Assembly (NCBI GenBank): GCA_050014255.1 | Contig: JBEKDR010000002.1 | Span: 267 to 64,266, forward strand | Reading direction: 5' to 3' | DNA length: 64,000 bases | Source of the DNA: Bacteroidales bacterium | GTDB taxonomy: Bacteria > Bacteroidota > Bacteroidia > Bacteroidales > VadinHA17 | Shown: in pieces, positions 49,269-60,158 of the stretch | Position numbering within the stretch: the stretch's first letter is position 1 | Layout of the letters: each line of letters starts with the position of its first letter | Notes under the pieces: model-generated | Told to the model about the DNA's origin: nothing | Seen by the model: only the letters and a program-made list of their open reading frames with translations | Database searches by the model: none | Program-made: the position numbers and the translations under genes

Positions 49269-52200
49269 TCATAAATTTGGAGCGAGCCATTTAGCAGCTT
49301 CATCTTTCGTAAAGTTCTTTCTCTTAGCCCAATCTTTCAACTGATCAGAGTCTATTTTTCCTAAATTAAAATATGTTGATCCCGGATGTGAAAAAATATA
49401 ACCGCTTACCGATGCAGGTGGTATCATTGCAAAATTTTCCGTGAGTCTTGCACCTATTGCTTTCTCTGCTCCAAGAAGGTCAAATATAACTTGTTTTTCT
49501 GTATGATCGGGACAGGCAGGGTAACCCGGAGCCGGTCTTATCCCCCTGTACTTCAGTTTAAGCAAATCGTCAATTGTAAGATTCTCATGTTTTTCATAAC
49601 CCCAGTATTCAGTTCTGATCTTTTGATGCAGCCATTCAGTTGCTGCTTCAGCTATCCGGTCGCTAAGTATCCTGATCATTATGGTAGCATAATCATCCTC
49701 TTTATATTTAGCAAATGCATCATTATCAATATCTGCTGTGACTACAAAAGCTCCGATCCAATCAGTCAACCCTGTCGTCTCAGGAGCAATATAATCAGAT
49801 AGTGAAAGATTGGGAACACCTTTATCTTTTGGCTCCTGGTTCCTTAAAAATCTGAAAACAGTTTTTATCTTCTTTTTGCTTTTATCCAAAAATACCTTAA
49901 CATCATCCCCCTCCGATATTGCGGGGAATAACCCAAAAACAGCTTTTGCTGTCAGAAGCTTCTCATTTATAATTTTCTTCAGATAAATCTGTGCATCATC
50001 AAACAACTTCTTCGCCTCAGCACCCTTTACAGGATCACTGAAGATTGCAGGGTATTTTCCCGATATTTTCCATGCAAAGAAAAAGTAAGTCCAGTCGACA
50101 TAATTCTTAAGTTCATTAAGATTTATATCGTGGAAAATATGAAGTCCGGGCTTCTTCGGTTCAGAAATTTTAAAAGCCTTCCAGTCTGTAGCATACTTAT
50201 TTTTTCTTGCTTCGTTTAATGAAAGAAAATCCTTTCCTGTCTGACGTGAATTATGGTCTTCCCGCAACTTTTTATACTTTTCCTTTACTAAGGAGACATA
50301 AGAATTGTTGTCTTTCTGAAAAAGTGATGAGAGGACTCCGGCTGCCTTTGATGCATCTTTAACGTGAATTACGCTATTTGAATATACCGGTGCAACTTTT
50401 ACGGCAGCATGGATCTCGGAGGTTGTCGCTCCTCCTATTAGCAGAGGCAGCGTGATTTTTCTCCGTTCCATTTCCGTAGCAACATGAACCATTTCCTCGA
50501 GAGAAGGGGTTATCAATCCGCTGAGACCAATAATATCAACTTTTTCATTAACAGCAGTGTCAATGATCTTTTCAGCCGGTACCATGACTCCAAGATCAAT
50601 AATCTCATAGTTATTACATGACAATACAACTCCGACGATATTCTTACCGATATCATGAACATCCCCCTTGACAGTTGCAAGAAGAACTTTTCCGGCAATT
50701 TTCTTCTCCTTACCTTCACTCTCCTGTTCAATATATGGAGCAAGTTTTGAAACTGCTTTTTTCATTACCCTGGCACTTTTAACGACCTGTGGAAGAAACA
50801 TTTTCCCTGATCCGAAAAGATCTCCAACTTCATTCATCCCACCCATCAACGGTCCTTCAATTAGCTCAATTGACCGGCCGAAAAGAGGCCTAGCCTCCTC
50901 AACATCCTGTTCAATGAATTCATCGAGGCCCCTTATCAGAGAATGCTTGATGCGTTCAATGACATGCAGCTGACGCCAGGCATCTTCCTTCTCCTCTTTC
51001 CTGCCTTCGTTTTTTATCCCTTCTGCAAATTTCACAAGCCTTTCAGTGGAATCTTTTCTCCTGTTCAGCACAACATCTTCGACAAGATGAAGAAGATCGG
51101 GTTCTATTTCAGTGTAAACCTGCAACATACCGGGATTAACAATTCCCATATCCAGCCCTGCTTTAATTGCCCAGAAAAGGAATACTGAGTGCATCGCTTC
51201 GCGAACCTTGTCAGTGCCCCGGAATGAAAATGAAAGATTACTTATTCCCCCGCTTACCCTGGCATAAGGAAGGTTTTGTTTAATCCATTCTGTCGTTTTG
51301 ATGAAATCAACAGCATAGTTATTATGTTCTTCAATCCCTGTTGCAATTGCCAGCACATTAGGATCGAATATTATATCCTCAGGGGGGAAAGCCAGTCTGT
51401 CAATAAGAAGCCGATAGCATCTTTCAGCAATGCTGATTCTTTTTGCTAATGTGTCGGCCTGACCGGTTTCGTCAAATAACATAACTACGGCAGCAGCTCC
51501 ATATTTCCTTAATGTACGGGCATGGTCAAGAAATACTTTTTCTCCTTCCTTCAGACTTATAGAATTTACAATTGATTTTCCCTGTATGCATTTAAGTGCC
51601 GATTCAATAGTTTTCCAGCGCGAAGAATCAATCATCAACGGAAGTTTGGAGATATCCGGCTCAGCCATGATCAGATTAACAAACTTCACCATTGCTTTTT
51701 CCGAATCAAGCATAGCTTCATCCATACAGATATCAATTATCTGCGCTCCTCCTTCAACCTGATTCCGGGCGATCGCGAGCGCCTCATCATATTTTTCTTC
51801 CCTGATGAGCCTTGCAAATTTTATTGATCCCGATACATTGGTCCGCTCGCCAATATTCACGAAGTTAGTCTCAGGTGTAATAGTCAGTGCCTCAAGGCCG
51901 CTGAGCCTGGTACATTTCTTAATTTCAGGCCTTTTTCTTGGTTTATAATGTACTGATGCTTCAGCAATTTTTCTGATGTGCTGAGGAGTTGTGCCGCAAC
52001 AACCCCCGATAATATTTACCCATCCCTCTTTCATAAAATCCTCTGCAATCAAGGCCATAAATGAGGCTGACTGATCATACTCGCCAAACTGGTTCGGAAG
52101 GCCGGCATTTGGATGAGCTGAGACATAAAACCCCGACTTCAGAGATAGTTCTTCAACGAATGGCCTAAGCTGTTCAGCTCCAAGGGCACAGTTCAATCCA

Positions 52201-52919
52201 ATGCTGAAGAGAGGAAAATGTGAGACAGACACCATGAATGCTTCAAGAGTCTGACCCGTCAGGGTCCTCCCGCTGGCATCCGTAATTGTACCTGAAACCA
52301 TCACCGGAAGTGTTTTACCCTTCTCCTCAAATACTGAATCAATTGCGAATAAGGCAGCCTTGCAGTTCAGAACATCAAATATCGTCTCAACAAGCAGGAT
52401 ATGTACTCCTCCGTCGATAAGTCCACGAGCCTGTTCGGAATAAGCTTCAACCAGTTCATCGAAAGATATTGCCCTGGCACCCGGATCGCTGACATCCGAC
52501 GACATTGATGCGGTACGGTTTGTCGGTCCCAGAGTTCCTGCAATAAAATGTCCTTCCGGTTCAGTTGAATTTTCAAATTCCGTGATCGCTTCGGCAGCCA
52601 GATGAGCAGCATGAAGATTCAGATTATAAACCTGTTCCTCCATTCCATAATCCGACATGGATATCCTGTTAGAATTAAATGTATTTGTCGTAATTATATC
52701 TGCCCCTGCTTCAAGATATTGCCTGTGTATACTCTTTATTATTTCAGGTTTTGTGATTGATAACAGATCGTTATTCCCCTTTTGAAGCTTTGGATGATCT
52801 CTGAACTTATCACCACGATAATCATTTTCCAGAAGCCTGTGTTTCTGGATCATGGTCCCCATCGCCCCATCAAGGATTAGGATCTTGTGTTGAATGATAT
52901 CCTCAAGTTTTCTCTTCAT
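49269..52919 (-). CDS. metH: Cobalamin-dependent methionine synthase
   Basis: 1216 aa. Hcy-binding domain (GGCCGTTP), pterin-binding domain, B12-binding DxHxxG (GDVHDIGKN) and a C-terminal AdoMet activation domain. Confidence 0.95.
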   Translation of the reverse strand: MKRKLEDIIQHKILILDGAMGTMIQKHRLLENDYRGDKFRDHPKLQKGNNDLLSITKPEIIKSIHRQYLEAGADIITTNTFNSNRISMSDYGMEEQVYNLNLHAAHLAAEAITEFENSTEPEGHFIAGTLGPTNRTASMSSDVSDPGARAISFDELVEAYSEQARGLIDGGVHILLVETIFDVLNCKAALFAIDSVFEEKGKTLPVMVSGTITDASGRTLTGQTLEAFMVSVSHFPLFSIGLNCALGAEQLRPFVEELSLKSGFYVSAHPNAGLPNQFGEYDQSASFMALIAEDFMKEGWVNIIGGCCGTTPQHIRKIAEASVHYKPRKRPEIKKCTRLSGLEALTITPETNFVNIGERTNVSGSIKFARLIREEKYDEALAIARNQVEGGAQIIDICMDEAMLDSEKAMVKFVNLIMAEPDISKLPLMIDSSRWKTIESALKCIQGKSIVNSISLKEGEKVFLDHARTLRKYGAAAVVMLFDETGQADTLAKRISIAERCYRLLIDRLAFPPEDIIFDPNVLAIATGIEEHNNYAVDFIKTTEWIKQNLPYARVSGGISNLSFSFRGTDKVREAMHSVFLFWAIKAGLDMGIVNPGMLQVYTEIEPDLLHLVEDVVLNRRKDSTERLVKFAEGIKNEGRKEEKEDAWRQLHVIERIKHSLIRGLDEFIEQDVEEARPLFGRSIELIEGPLMGGMNEVGDLFGSGKMFLPQVVKSARVMKKAVSKLAPYIEQESEGKEKKIAGKVLLATVKGDVHDIGKNIVGVVLSCNNYEIIDLGVMVPAEKIIDTAVNEKVDIIGLSGLITPSLEEMVHVATEMERRKITLPLLIGGATTSEIHAAVKVAPVYSNSVIHVKDASKAAGVLSSLFQKDNNSYVSLVKEKYKKLREDHNSRQTGKDFLSLNEARKNKYATDWKAFKISEPKKPGLHIFHDINLNELKNYVDWTYFFFAWKISGKYPAIFSDPVKGAEAKKLFDDAQIYLKKIINEKLLTAKAVFGLFPAISEGDDVKVFLDKSKKKIKTVFRFLRNQEPKDKGVPNLSLSDYIAPETTGLTDWIGAFVVTADIDNDAFAKYKEDDYATIMIRILSDRIAEAATEWLHQKIRTEYWGYEKHENLTIDDLLKLKYRGIRPAPGYPACPDHTEKQVIFDLLGAEKAIGARLTENFAMIPPASVSGYIFSHPGSTYFNLGKIDSDQLKDWAKRKNFTKDEAAKWLAPNL

Positions 52920-52977
52920 TTCACAAAATTAGCTTTTAGTACTTTATGCCAAATTATCACTCATTTACCTTTTTTTG

Positions 52978-53071
52978 ACCCCCAATCCCGCAAAGCGGGA
53001 CTAATTCTCATGCATTTAGAAAATACTCTAACAAAACGAGGATTAACCCCCCTTTAGGGGGGCAGGGGGGC
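52978..53071. mobile_element. MITE-like element, family A, copy 4 (inverted orientation, inside the met operon)
   Basis: Positions 53037-53071 (cgaggattaacccccctttaggggggcaggggggc) are the exact reverse complement of the copy-2 left arm. The other arm has diverged to gacccccaatcccgcaaagcgggactaattc but still forms a hairpin. Confidence 0.65.
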
Positions 53072-53076
53072 GGATC

Positions 53077-54279
53077 CTATTGTATAACTTTTCTTCCTGT
53101 ATTGACTATAAAAACATCTAAATTCCGAAGTTGTTCCCGTAAAGTGTAAAGTCTTTCCAGATTTACTATTCCGATTACATATTTATAAAATCTCCCGCTA
53201 AAGTATTCCGACACTTCTTCAAATCCAAATAATTCTTTATCCTTTTCATCATTATACCTTAAGTATACCTCAAGTTTGAAGTCGCGGGTGTATTTAGATA
53301 CTGTCCCCTGCCTGAACTTTTTATATTCATACTTATAACCATATGAGTTCGCTGAAATGTCAGACAGAACTGCGCTACCAGTGGCATGACCCCCTGCTCC
53401 CTTTCCGCTGAAAAACTGTTTATCGGCAAAAGCAGCCTCTGTAATTACTCCATTATACTCATAATCGACGTTATAGAGGTATTTATCCGACGAAATAAAC
53501 CGAGGAAGAACGAAACTGGTTATGGTGTTTTCATTTGTCTTGCCGACATACGGGACCAGCTTAATCTTGAATCCCTTTTCTTTGGCATACTGTATATCAA
53601 ATTTAGATATAGTATTGATCCCATAGTGAAAGACCAGGTCGGGCTCGAGAAACAATCCGTAAGCATGACCGGTAATTATACAGAGCTTGTATTTTGCATC
53701 CCAGCCTTCAACATCCAGAGTCGGATCAGATTCTGCAAAACCTTTTTCCTGCGCTTCTTTCAATGCTTCTGCGTATGGTAATCCTTCGTTATGCATTTTT
53801 GTAAGGATATAATTGGTTGTCCCATTAAGAATACCACGCAATGAGTACAGCAGCTCATTATCATAATATTCCTCAAGATTTCTTATTATGGGAATACTGG
53901 CTCCTGCTGAGGCTTCATAAAGAAGCGATACTTTGTTCTCTGCCTGCAGCTCGACAAGTTCCTTAAAATGTTTTGCTACCATCATTTTATTGGCAGTAAC
54001 AACATTTTTCCCGCTTCGCATTGCTGTTGTAACAATGTTGAATGCTTCATCCGGATCATTAATTAACTCAACCACAAGGTTGATTGAAGAATCATTCAGG
54101 ATATCATTTTTATCGAAGGTGAAATTTGTCATCGGGATCCTTCTCTTTTTTGTACGATCCTTGACGCAAATCTTCACGATATCGGCTTTGAAACCTTTAC
54201 TGCTGTTCAGTACATCATGCAGTCCCTGACCAACGCAGCCGTAACCGAATAAACCAATTCTTAATTTTTCCTGTGTCAT
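53077..54279 (-). CDS. hom: Homoserine dehydrogenase
   Basis: Motifs IGLFGYGCVGQG (NAD binding) and ANK. A C-terminal ACT-like region is present. 400 aa. It lies 2 nt downstream of metY. Confidence 0.85.
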   Translation of the reverse strand: MTQEKLRIGLFGYGCVGQGLHDVLNSSKGFKADIVKICVKDRTKKRRIPMTNFTFDKNDILNDSSINLVVELINDPDEAFNIVTTAMRSGKNVVTANKMMVAKHFKELVELQAENKVSLLYEASAGASIPIIRNLEEYYDNELLYSLRGILNGTTNYILTKMHNEGLPYAEALKEAQEKGFAESDPTLDVEGWDAKYKLCIITGHAYGLFLEPDLVFHYGINTISKFDIQYAKEKGFKIKLVPYVGKTNENTITSFVLPRFISSDKYLYNVDYEYNGVITEAAFADKQFFSGKGAGGHATGSAVLSDISANSYGYKYEYKKFRQGTVSKYTRDFKLEVYLRYNDEKDKELFGFEEVSEYFSGRFYKYVIGIVNLERLYTLREQLRNLDVFIVNTGRKVIQ

Positions 54280-54281
54280 GG

Positions 54282-55643
<1,362 letters not shown>

Positions 55644-55779
55644 TTAATACCGGTTGTTAACTGAGAAAATGGCTGATTGCAAATCAAAGCTTTTACCGGC
55701 ACATGCACATAGGCATGAGCGGCATGATAAAGTTGTTGTGTGTCAAATGAATCGAATTCATGGTTTCCGTGTTAAATTT

Positions 55780-55887
55780 TTATCATCTCCCGTCTTTCCG
55801 GGATTAGGTTTTGGCACCGTTCCCCGCCAGTTGGCGGATTGGTTGCCAGGGTTTCGCAGAGCCTAATCTCTTCACCCTTCTTAATAA
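55780..55887 (-). promoter_or_regulatory. SAM-I (S-box) riboswitch aptamer controlling metY-hom-metH-metF
   Basis: The minus-strand RNA reads UUAUUAAGAAGGGUGAAGAGAUUAGGCUCUGCGAAACCCUGGCAACCAAUCCGCCAACUGGCGGGGAACGGUGCCAAAACCUAAUCCCGGAAAGACGGGAGAUGAUAA. P1 pairs UUAUUA with UGAUAA. The conserved GGCAACC and GGUGCCAA elements are present, as are the P3 and P4 hairpins. Confidence 0.8.
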
Positions 55888-55932
55888 AAACCAAACACCC
55901 TTTTAAAGGAAGGAATATTTGATTTGTGGGGT

Positions 55933-55963
55933 CAAAGGTAAAAATGATTTTTTGAAATACAAA
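55933..55963 (-). promoter_or_regulatory. Bacteroidetes-type promoter (-33 TTTG, 19-nt spacer, -7 TACCTTTG) for the riboswitch-led met operon
   Basis: The minus strand reads TTTG-tatttcaaaaaatcatttt-TACCTTTG. The -7 box ends about 45 nt upstream of the aptamer. Confidence 0.5.
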
Positions 55964-55997
55964 ATATTTAGGTTAATTACACTAAAACAGTAAGTGT

Positions 55998-56193
55998 TTT
56001 TCCCCCCTTGGGGGGAAATAAAAAGGGGGTGCAAGGGATCTCAGAATATCCCTCGATGGTCTTCTTCTCTCATTGTAAAACCCCTCTGTCAGCTGCGCTG
56101 ACATCTCCCCCGGGGGGGGAGAAAAACCTGTATTTTTAGTTGAATTACACTTGGATGCACAGTATTAGCCCCCCTTTAGGCGGGTTGGGGGGC
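55998..56193. repeat. Field of GC-rich hairpins, including a solo family-A right arm
   Basis: Four modules are present. They are ttttcccccc-tt-ggggggaaa (55998-56019), tgtcagc-tgc-gctgaca (56087-56103), tctccccc-ggg-gggggaga (56104-56122) and attagcccccctttaggcgggttggggggc (56165-56193). Confidence 0.65.
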
Positions 56194-56213
56194 AAAAGAA
56201 TAAATATTTACCT

Positions 56214-56221
56214 TACTTTTG
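56214..56221 (+). promoter_or_regulatory. -7 promoter box (TACTTTTG) for cysS
   Basis: Exact TAnnTTTG match 21 nt upstream of the ATG at 56242. Confidence 0.45.
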
Positions 56222-56241
56222 TCATACCAAACAGTTAAACA

Positions 56242-57714
56242 ATGCCGAATAACTTTACCATCTATAACACCCTTTCAAAAAAGAAAGAGCTTTTCAGACC
56301 CCTTCATCCGCCATTTGTTGGTATATATGTGTGTGGTCCGACTGTCTACAGCCATGCCCATCTCGGTCATGCCCGACCAGCAATAACATTCGATTTATTA
56401 TTCCGCTATCTGACTCATCTTGGATATAAGGTACGTTATATCCGAAACATTACTGATGTCGGGCATCTTGAAAATGAGACGCTTGGAGAGGGAGAAGATC
56501 GTATTGAAAAAAAAGCCAGACAGGAACATATCGAACCAATGGAAGTCGTGCAAAAATATGTGAACACTTACCATAAAAATATGGATCAGCTAAACACACT
56601 GTCTCCTTCAATCGAACCTAGAGCGACCGGACATATAATCGAACAGATTGAACTCATCAAGGTCCTGATTAAGAGCGGCTATGCTTATGAATCAAATGGC
56701 TCTGTCTATTTTGATATACTGAAATATAATCAGAAATATCAGTATGGGAAATTATCGGGCAGGGTTCTGGATGAACTCATCAGCAATACGCGTGATATAG
56801 AAGGACAGGATGAAAAACGGAACCCATTCGATTTTGCTCTATGGAAAAAGGCGAGCCCTGAACACCTTATGAGATGGCCTTCTCCCTGGAGCGATGGTTT
56901 TCCCGGCTGGCACCTGGAATGTTCTGCAATGAGTATCAAATATCTTGGTGAGGAGTTTGATATTCACGGAGGAGGAATGGATCTCATGTTTCCCCACCAT
57001 GAATGCGAAATAGCCCAGTCGACTGCCGCCCTTGGCAAAGAATCAGTTCATTACTGGATGCACAATAATATGATAACTATTAACGGACAGAAGATGGCCC
57101 GTTCACTCGGAAATTTTATTACTCTCGATCAGCTTTTCAGCGGTGATCATCCTGCATTGGAGAAAGCATATTCGCCCATGACCATAAGGTTTTTCATCCT
57201 GCAGGCTCATTATAGAAGCACTCTTGATTTCTCCAATGAAGCACTGCAGGCTGCAGAAAAAGGATTCCAGAAACTCATGAATGCTGTGGATTCGCTTAAC
57301 AAACTCAAGCCGTCAGATCATTCAACAATTGATGTTGTTAAACTCAAAGAAAAATGCTATGAGGCACTCGATGATGATCTTAATAGCCCTGTTTTATTGT
57401 CTCATCTCTTTGAAGGAGTGAGAATTGTCAATTCAGTTATAGACGGAACTGAGAAAATTGATGCTCCGGGTCTTGAATCATTAAAAGCACTTTTCAGCAC
57501 ATTTGTTTTTGAGATCCTGGGGCTGAAGGATGAAAAATCAGGAAAGAATGATGAAAAGCTAACCGGAGACCTGATTAATATAATTGTCAATTTGAGGCAA
57601 GATGCAAAGAATCGTAAGGAATTTGATGTTTCAGATAAAATCAGACAGGAACTTAATAAACTTGGAGTTATAATAAAGGATCGAAAGGATGGTGTAGATT
57701 GGCATAAAGACTGA
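56242..57714 (+). CDS. cysS: Cysteine--tRNA ligase
   Basis: HIGH-type motif [15 protein letters not shown]-type motif KMARSLGN and zinc-binding Cys residues. 490 aa. Confidence 0.95.
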   Translation: MPNNFTIYNTLSKKKELFRPLHPPFVGIYVCGPTVYSHAHLGHARPAITFDLLFRYLTHLGYKVRYIRNITDVGHLENETLGEGEDRIEKKARQEHIEPMEVVQKYVNTYHKNMDQLNTLSPSIEPRATGHIIEQIELIKVLIKSGYAYESNGSVYFDILKYNQKYQYGKLSGRVLDELISNTRDIEGQDEKRNPFDFALWKKASPEHLMRWPSPWSDGFPGWHLECSAMSIKYLGEEFDIHGGGMDLMFPHHECEIAQSTAALGKESVHYWMHNNMITINGQKMARSLGNFITLDQLFSGDHPALEKAYSPMTIRFFILQAHYRSTLDFSNEALQAAEKGFQKLMNAVDSLNKLKPSDHSTIDVVKLKEKCYEALDDDLNSPVLLSHLFEGVRIVNSVIDGTEKIDAPGLESLKALFSTFVFEILGLKDEKSGKNDEKLTGDLINIIVNLRQDAKNRKEFDVSDKIRQELNKLGVIIKDRKDGVDWHKD

Positions 57715-57731
57715 GGATGTGAGTCAGACCT

Positions 57732-57816
57732 CCTATGATCCCCCAAAGGGGGGATAAATTTTGGTCAGTTGTGGTTGGGATCTGAACCCCCTATGATCCC
57801 CCCAAGGGGGGATAAA
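57732..57816. repeat. Direct repeat of a hairpin unit (cctatgatccccc-aaa-ggggggataaa), two copies, upstream of the DUF559 gene
   Basis: Copies at about 57732-57758 and 57790-57816. Each contains the palindrome gatccccc..gggggatc-like. Confidence 0.7.
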
Positions 57817-57844
57817 AACACAGATATTAAGGAATTTACAGGAT

Positions 57845-58243
57845 ATGGGTTACTACGGAAACAGGGAAATAGTTAGAAGAGCCAGGGTATTAAGGAGTAA
57901 TATGACCAGGGCAGAAATAATTCTTTGGTCCAGGTTGAGATCAAAAAAGATTAATGGTTACAAATTCAGACGACAACAGCCACTTTTTGATTATATCGTA
58001 GATTTTTATTGTGATAAGCTTAAGCTAATTATTGAAGTTGATGGAGAGATACATTCTTTTTCAGAAAGAGCAAATTACGATTCGAAACGTGACAACATAC
58101 TTAAGATCAATGGATATCATATTATCCGGCTATCCAATTTAGAAATTGAAACCGAAATCAATTCAGCGATTAATAAGATAATCTTATATATTTCTGAGAA
58201 TTTGTCCCCCTCCCAGGGGGACCACAGGGGGTTAAACATATGA
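57845..58243 (+). CDS. DUF559 (Vsr/very-short-patch-repair-like) endonuclease-domain protein
   Basis: Family pattern RARVLRSNMTRAEIILWSRLRSKKINGYKFRRQQPLFDYIVDFYCDKLKLIIEVDGEIH...RDNILKINGYHIIRLSN. The last 13 codons come from the 33-nt repeat. Confidence 0.8.
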   Translation: MGYYGNREIVRRARVLRSNMTRAEIILWSRLRSKKINGYKFRRQQPLFDYIVDFYCDKLKLIIEVDGEIHSFSERANYDSKRDNILKINGYHIIRLSNLEIETEINSAINKIILYISENLSPSQGDHRGLNI

Positions 58244-58297
58244 AAAACAACATAGAAGAGGCGGATTTGTCCCCCTCCCAGGGGGACCACAGGGGGT
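58200..58297. repeat. Perfect 33-nt direct repeat (atttgtccccctcccagggggaccacagggggt), two copies separated by 32 nt
   Basis: Copies at 58200-58232 and 58265-58297 are identical. Each contains the hairpin gtccccc-tccca-gggggac. The spacer holds the DUF559 stop and the ispG ATG (ATGA overlap). Confidence 0.9.
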
Positions 58298-60144
58298 CTT
58301 CGTATAAGTCCTCAGTGATTCATATCGGCTCCACTCCACTCGGAGGCGACTATCCAATCCGTATCCAGTCGATGACAAACACAGATACTCTTGATACCAA
58401 AGCATCTGTTGCACAATGTATAAGGATTATTGAGGCCGGAGCTGATTATGTGAGACTGACCGCACAAGGCATCAGGGAAGCGGAGAACCTTGCTGTTATA
58501 AAAAAAGAGCTACGAAAAGCCGGTTTTGACACTCCTCTGATAGCTGATATCCATTTCAATCCAGTCGCTGCAGAGACAGCCGCCCGGATTGTTGAAAAGG
58601 TAAGGATCAATCCCGGGAACTATGCAGATAAAAGAGCATCATTTGAAAAGCAGGAGTTCACTGAGAAAGAATACAACGAGGAACTTGAGAGAATCCACAA
58701 GAAACTGCATCCTCTGATAAATATATGCCGCGAAAATAAAACAGTCATTCGTATCGGAATAAATCATGGGTCCCTCTCCGATCGTATTATGACACGTTTC
58801 GGGAACACTCCGGAAGGAATGGTATTTTCTGCACTGGAGTTTATCAAAATATTTCGTGCAGAGAATTTCAATGATCTTGTCCTGTCGATGAAATCATCCG
58901 ACACGGCAATAATGATCGAAGCGACCCGGATGCTTGTAAAGATGCTTAAAAGTGAAGAATTATCTTATCCCATTCATCTTGGTGTCACGGAAGCCGGTGA
59001 AGGTGAAGACGGCAGGATCAGATCAGCTGCAGGAATCGGAGCCCTTCTGGCAGAAGGGATAGGCGATACAATAAGGGTCTCTTTATCAGAAGATCCGGAA
59101 AAAGAGATTCCTGTTGCAGCAAAACTTGCCGGTTATTATCCCAGAGAAGTACAACAGAAGCCGCCGGATAAACCTTTAAGTTATAAAGCTCCTCCATCCA
59201 AACCGGGAATTCTAAAACGAATAAATGGTCCGCTGGTGGTTTCAAATATGACATCTTATCATGACCTGGATGCAGAAGGATATAAGAATGCAGGGTATGG
59301 TGTCGACCCTTTAACCGGTGAGATTAAAAAAACCGACAGTTCAGCAGACCTGATTATAGTTAAAAATTGTCCTGAAAAAATCCCTGAAAATGTTTCCCTG
59401 GTGCTTCCTTATAAAATCTGGTACGAAAAGAAGGAAGGTGACAGATTATATCCTTTATTCTCTCCCGAGATATTCCATGAAAGCAAATACAGATCTGAGA
59501 ATTTAAATGTCTTGCTGACAGTTCCTGATTATAATATTGAATATCTTAAAGATCCCGATCCGGACACAACTCTGGTTATGTTCACTTTTAATCCTGATAA
59601 AGAGCAATATGCTGCCGATTATTTTCTTAATGCCCTTGAAGAAAACAACCTGAGTCAGAATATAATTCTAAATCCTGTTTTCCGGGAAAACAATCTGGAA
59701 GATCTTCAAATTAAAGCTTCCTCCCTTCTCGGTCGTTACATTATCGACAGAAGAATTGTGGGGATTTCTGTCTCCAATATCGGAAAAGTTGATTTCAGAG
59801 ACATTACTGCACTTGCCTTTTCCATACTTCAGTGTACCGAAACCCGCATCACCCGGACAAGGTATCTCTCATGCCCGACATGCGGACGCACAAAATTCAA
59901 TCTGCAGGAATCTGTTAAAAAAGTAAAAGAAGCGACAGGTCATCTGAAGGGGCTGAAAATAGCTGTTATGGGATGTATTGTAAATGGTCCGGGAGAGATG
60001 GCAGGAGCCGACTACGGGTATGTCGGAGCTGCTGATGGAAAGGTCCATATATATAAAGGTACCGTTCCGGTTCTGAAAAACATTCCTGAGAAAGATGCTG
60101 TGGAGGAATTGGTTAGAGTCATTGAGAGAGATCTCGCTGAATAA
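58240..60144 (+). CDS. ispG: 4-hydroxy-3-methylbut-2-en-1-yl diphosphate synthase (long form with an insert domain)
   Basis: PLGGDYPIRIQSMTNTDT, the TIM-barrel region, a ~270-aa insert, and the C-terminal CPTCGR...GCIVNGPGE Fe-S motifs. N-terminal residues 10-19 (LSPSQGDHRG) are repeat-encoded. A GTG at about 58315 is an alternative start. Confidence 0.9.
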   Translation: MKNNIEEADLSPSQGDHRGSSYKSSVIHIGSTPLGGDYPIRIQSMTNTDTLDTKASVAQCIRIIEAGADYVRLTAQGIREAENLAVIKKELRKAGFDTPLIADIHFNPVAAETAARIVEKVRINPGNYADKRASFEKQEFTEKEYNEELERIHKKLHPLINICRENKTVIRIGINHGSLSDRIMTRFGNTPEGMVFSALEFIKIFRAENFNDLVLSMKSSDTAIMIEATRMLVKMLKSEELSYPIHLGVTEAGEGEDGRIRSAAGIGALLAEGIGDTIRVSLSEDPEKEIPVAAKLAGYYPREVQQKPPDKPLSYKAPPSKPGILKRINGPLVVSNMTSYHDLDAEGYKNAGYGVDPLTGEIKKTDSSADLIIVKNCPEKIPENVSLVLPYKIWYEKKEGDRLYPLFSPEIFHESKYRSENLNVLLTVPDYNIEYLKDPDPDTTLVMFTFNPDKEQYAADYFLNALEENNLSQNIILNPVFRENNLEDLQIKASSLLGRYIIDRRIVGISVSNIGKVDFRDITALAFSILQCTETRITRTRYLSCPTCGRTKFNLQESVKKVKEATGHLKGLKIAVMGCIVNGPGEMAGADYGYVGAADGKVHIYKGTVPVLKNIPEKDAVEELVRVIERDLAE

Positions 60145-60158
60145 TACCAATCAATCAA

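Noticed and set aside
55829-55842. A 14-nt palindrome, CCGCCAGTTGGCGG, shared between the riboswitch P3 hairpin and the family-B unit at 11875-11888.
   Set aside because: It is probably coincidental reuse of a short GC palindrome. The flanking sequence at 55780-55887 fits the S-box consensus and lacks the GTCATTCCGA/GAGGAATC ends of family B.
55654-55866. A 70-aa plus-strand ORF in the metY upstream region.
   Set aside because: It overlaps the SAM-I aptamer and its expression platform on the opposite strand. The composition is repeat- and structure-driven. The riboswitch interpretation explains the conservation-like features better.
58232-58414. A 60-aa minus-strand ORF across the DUF559/ispG junction.
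   Set aside because: It is open only because it reads through the GC-rich 33-nt repeat, and it is antisense to the ispG 5' end. No supporting features.
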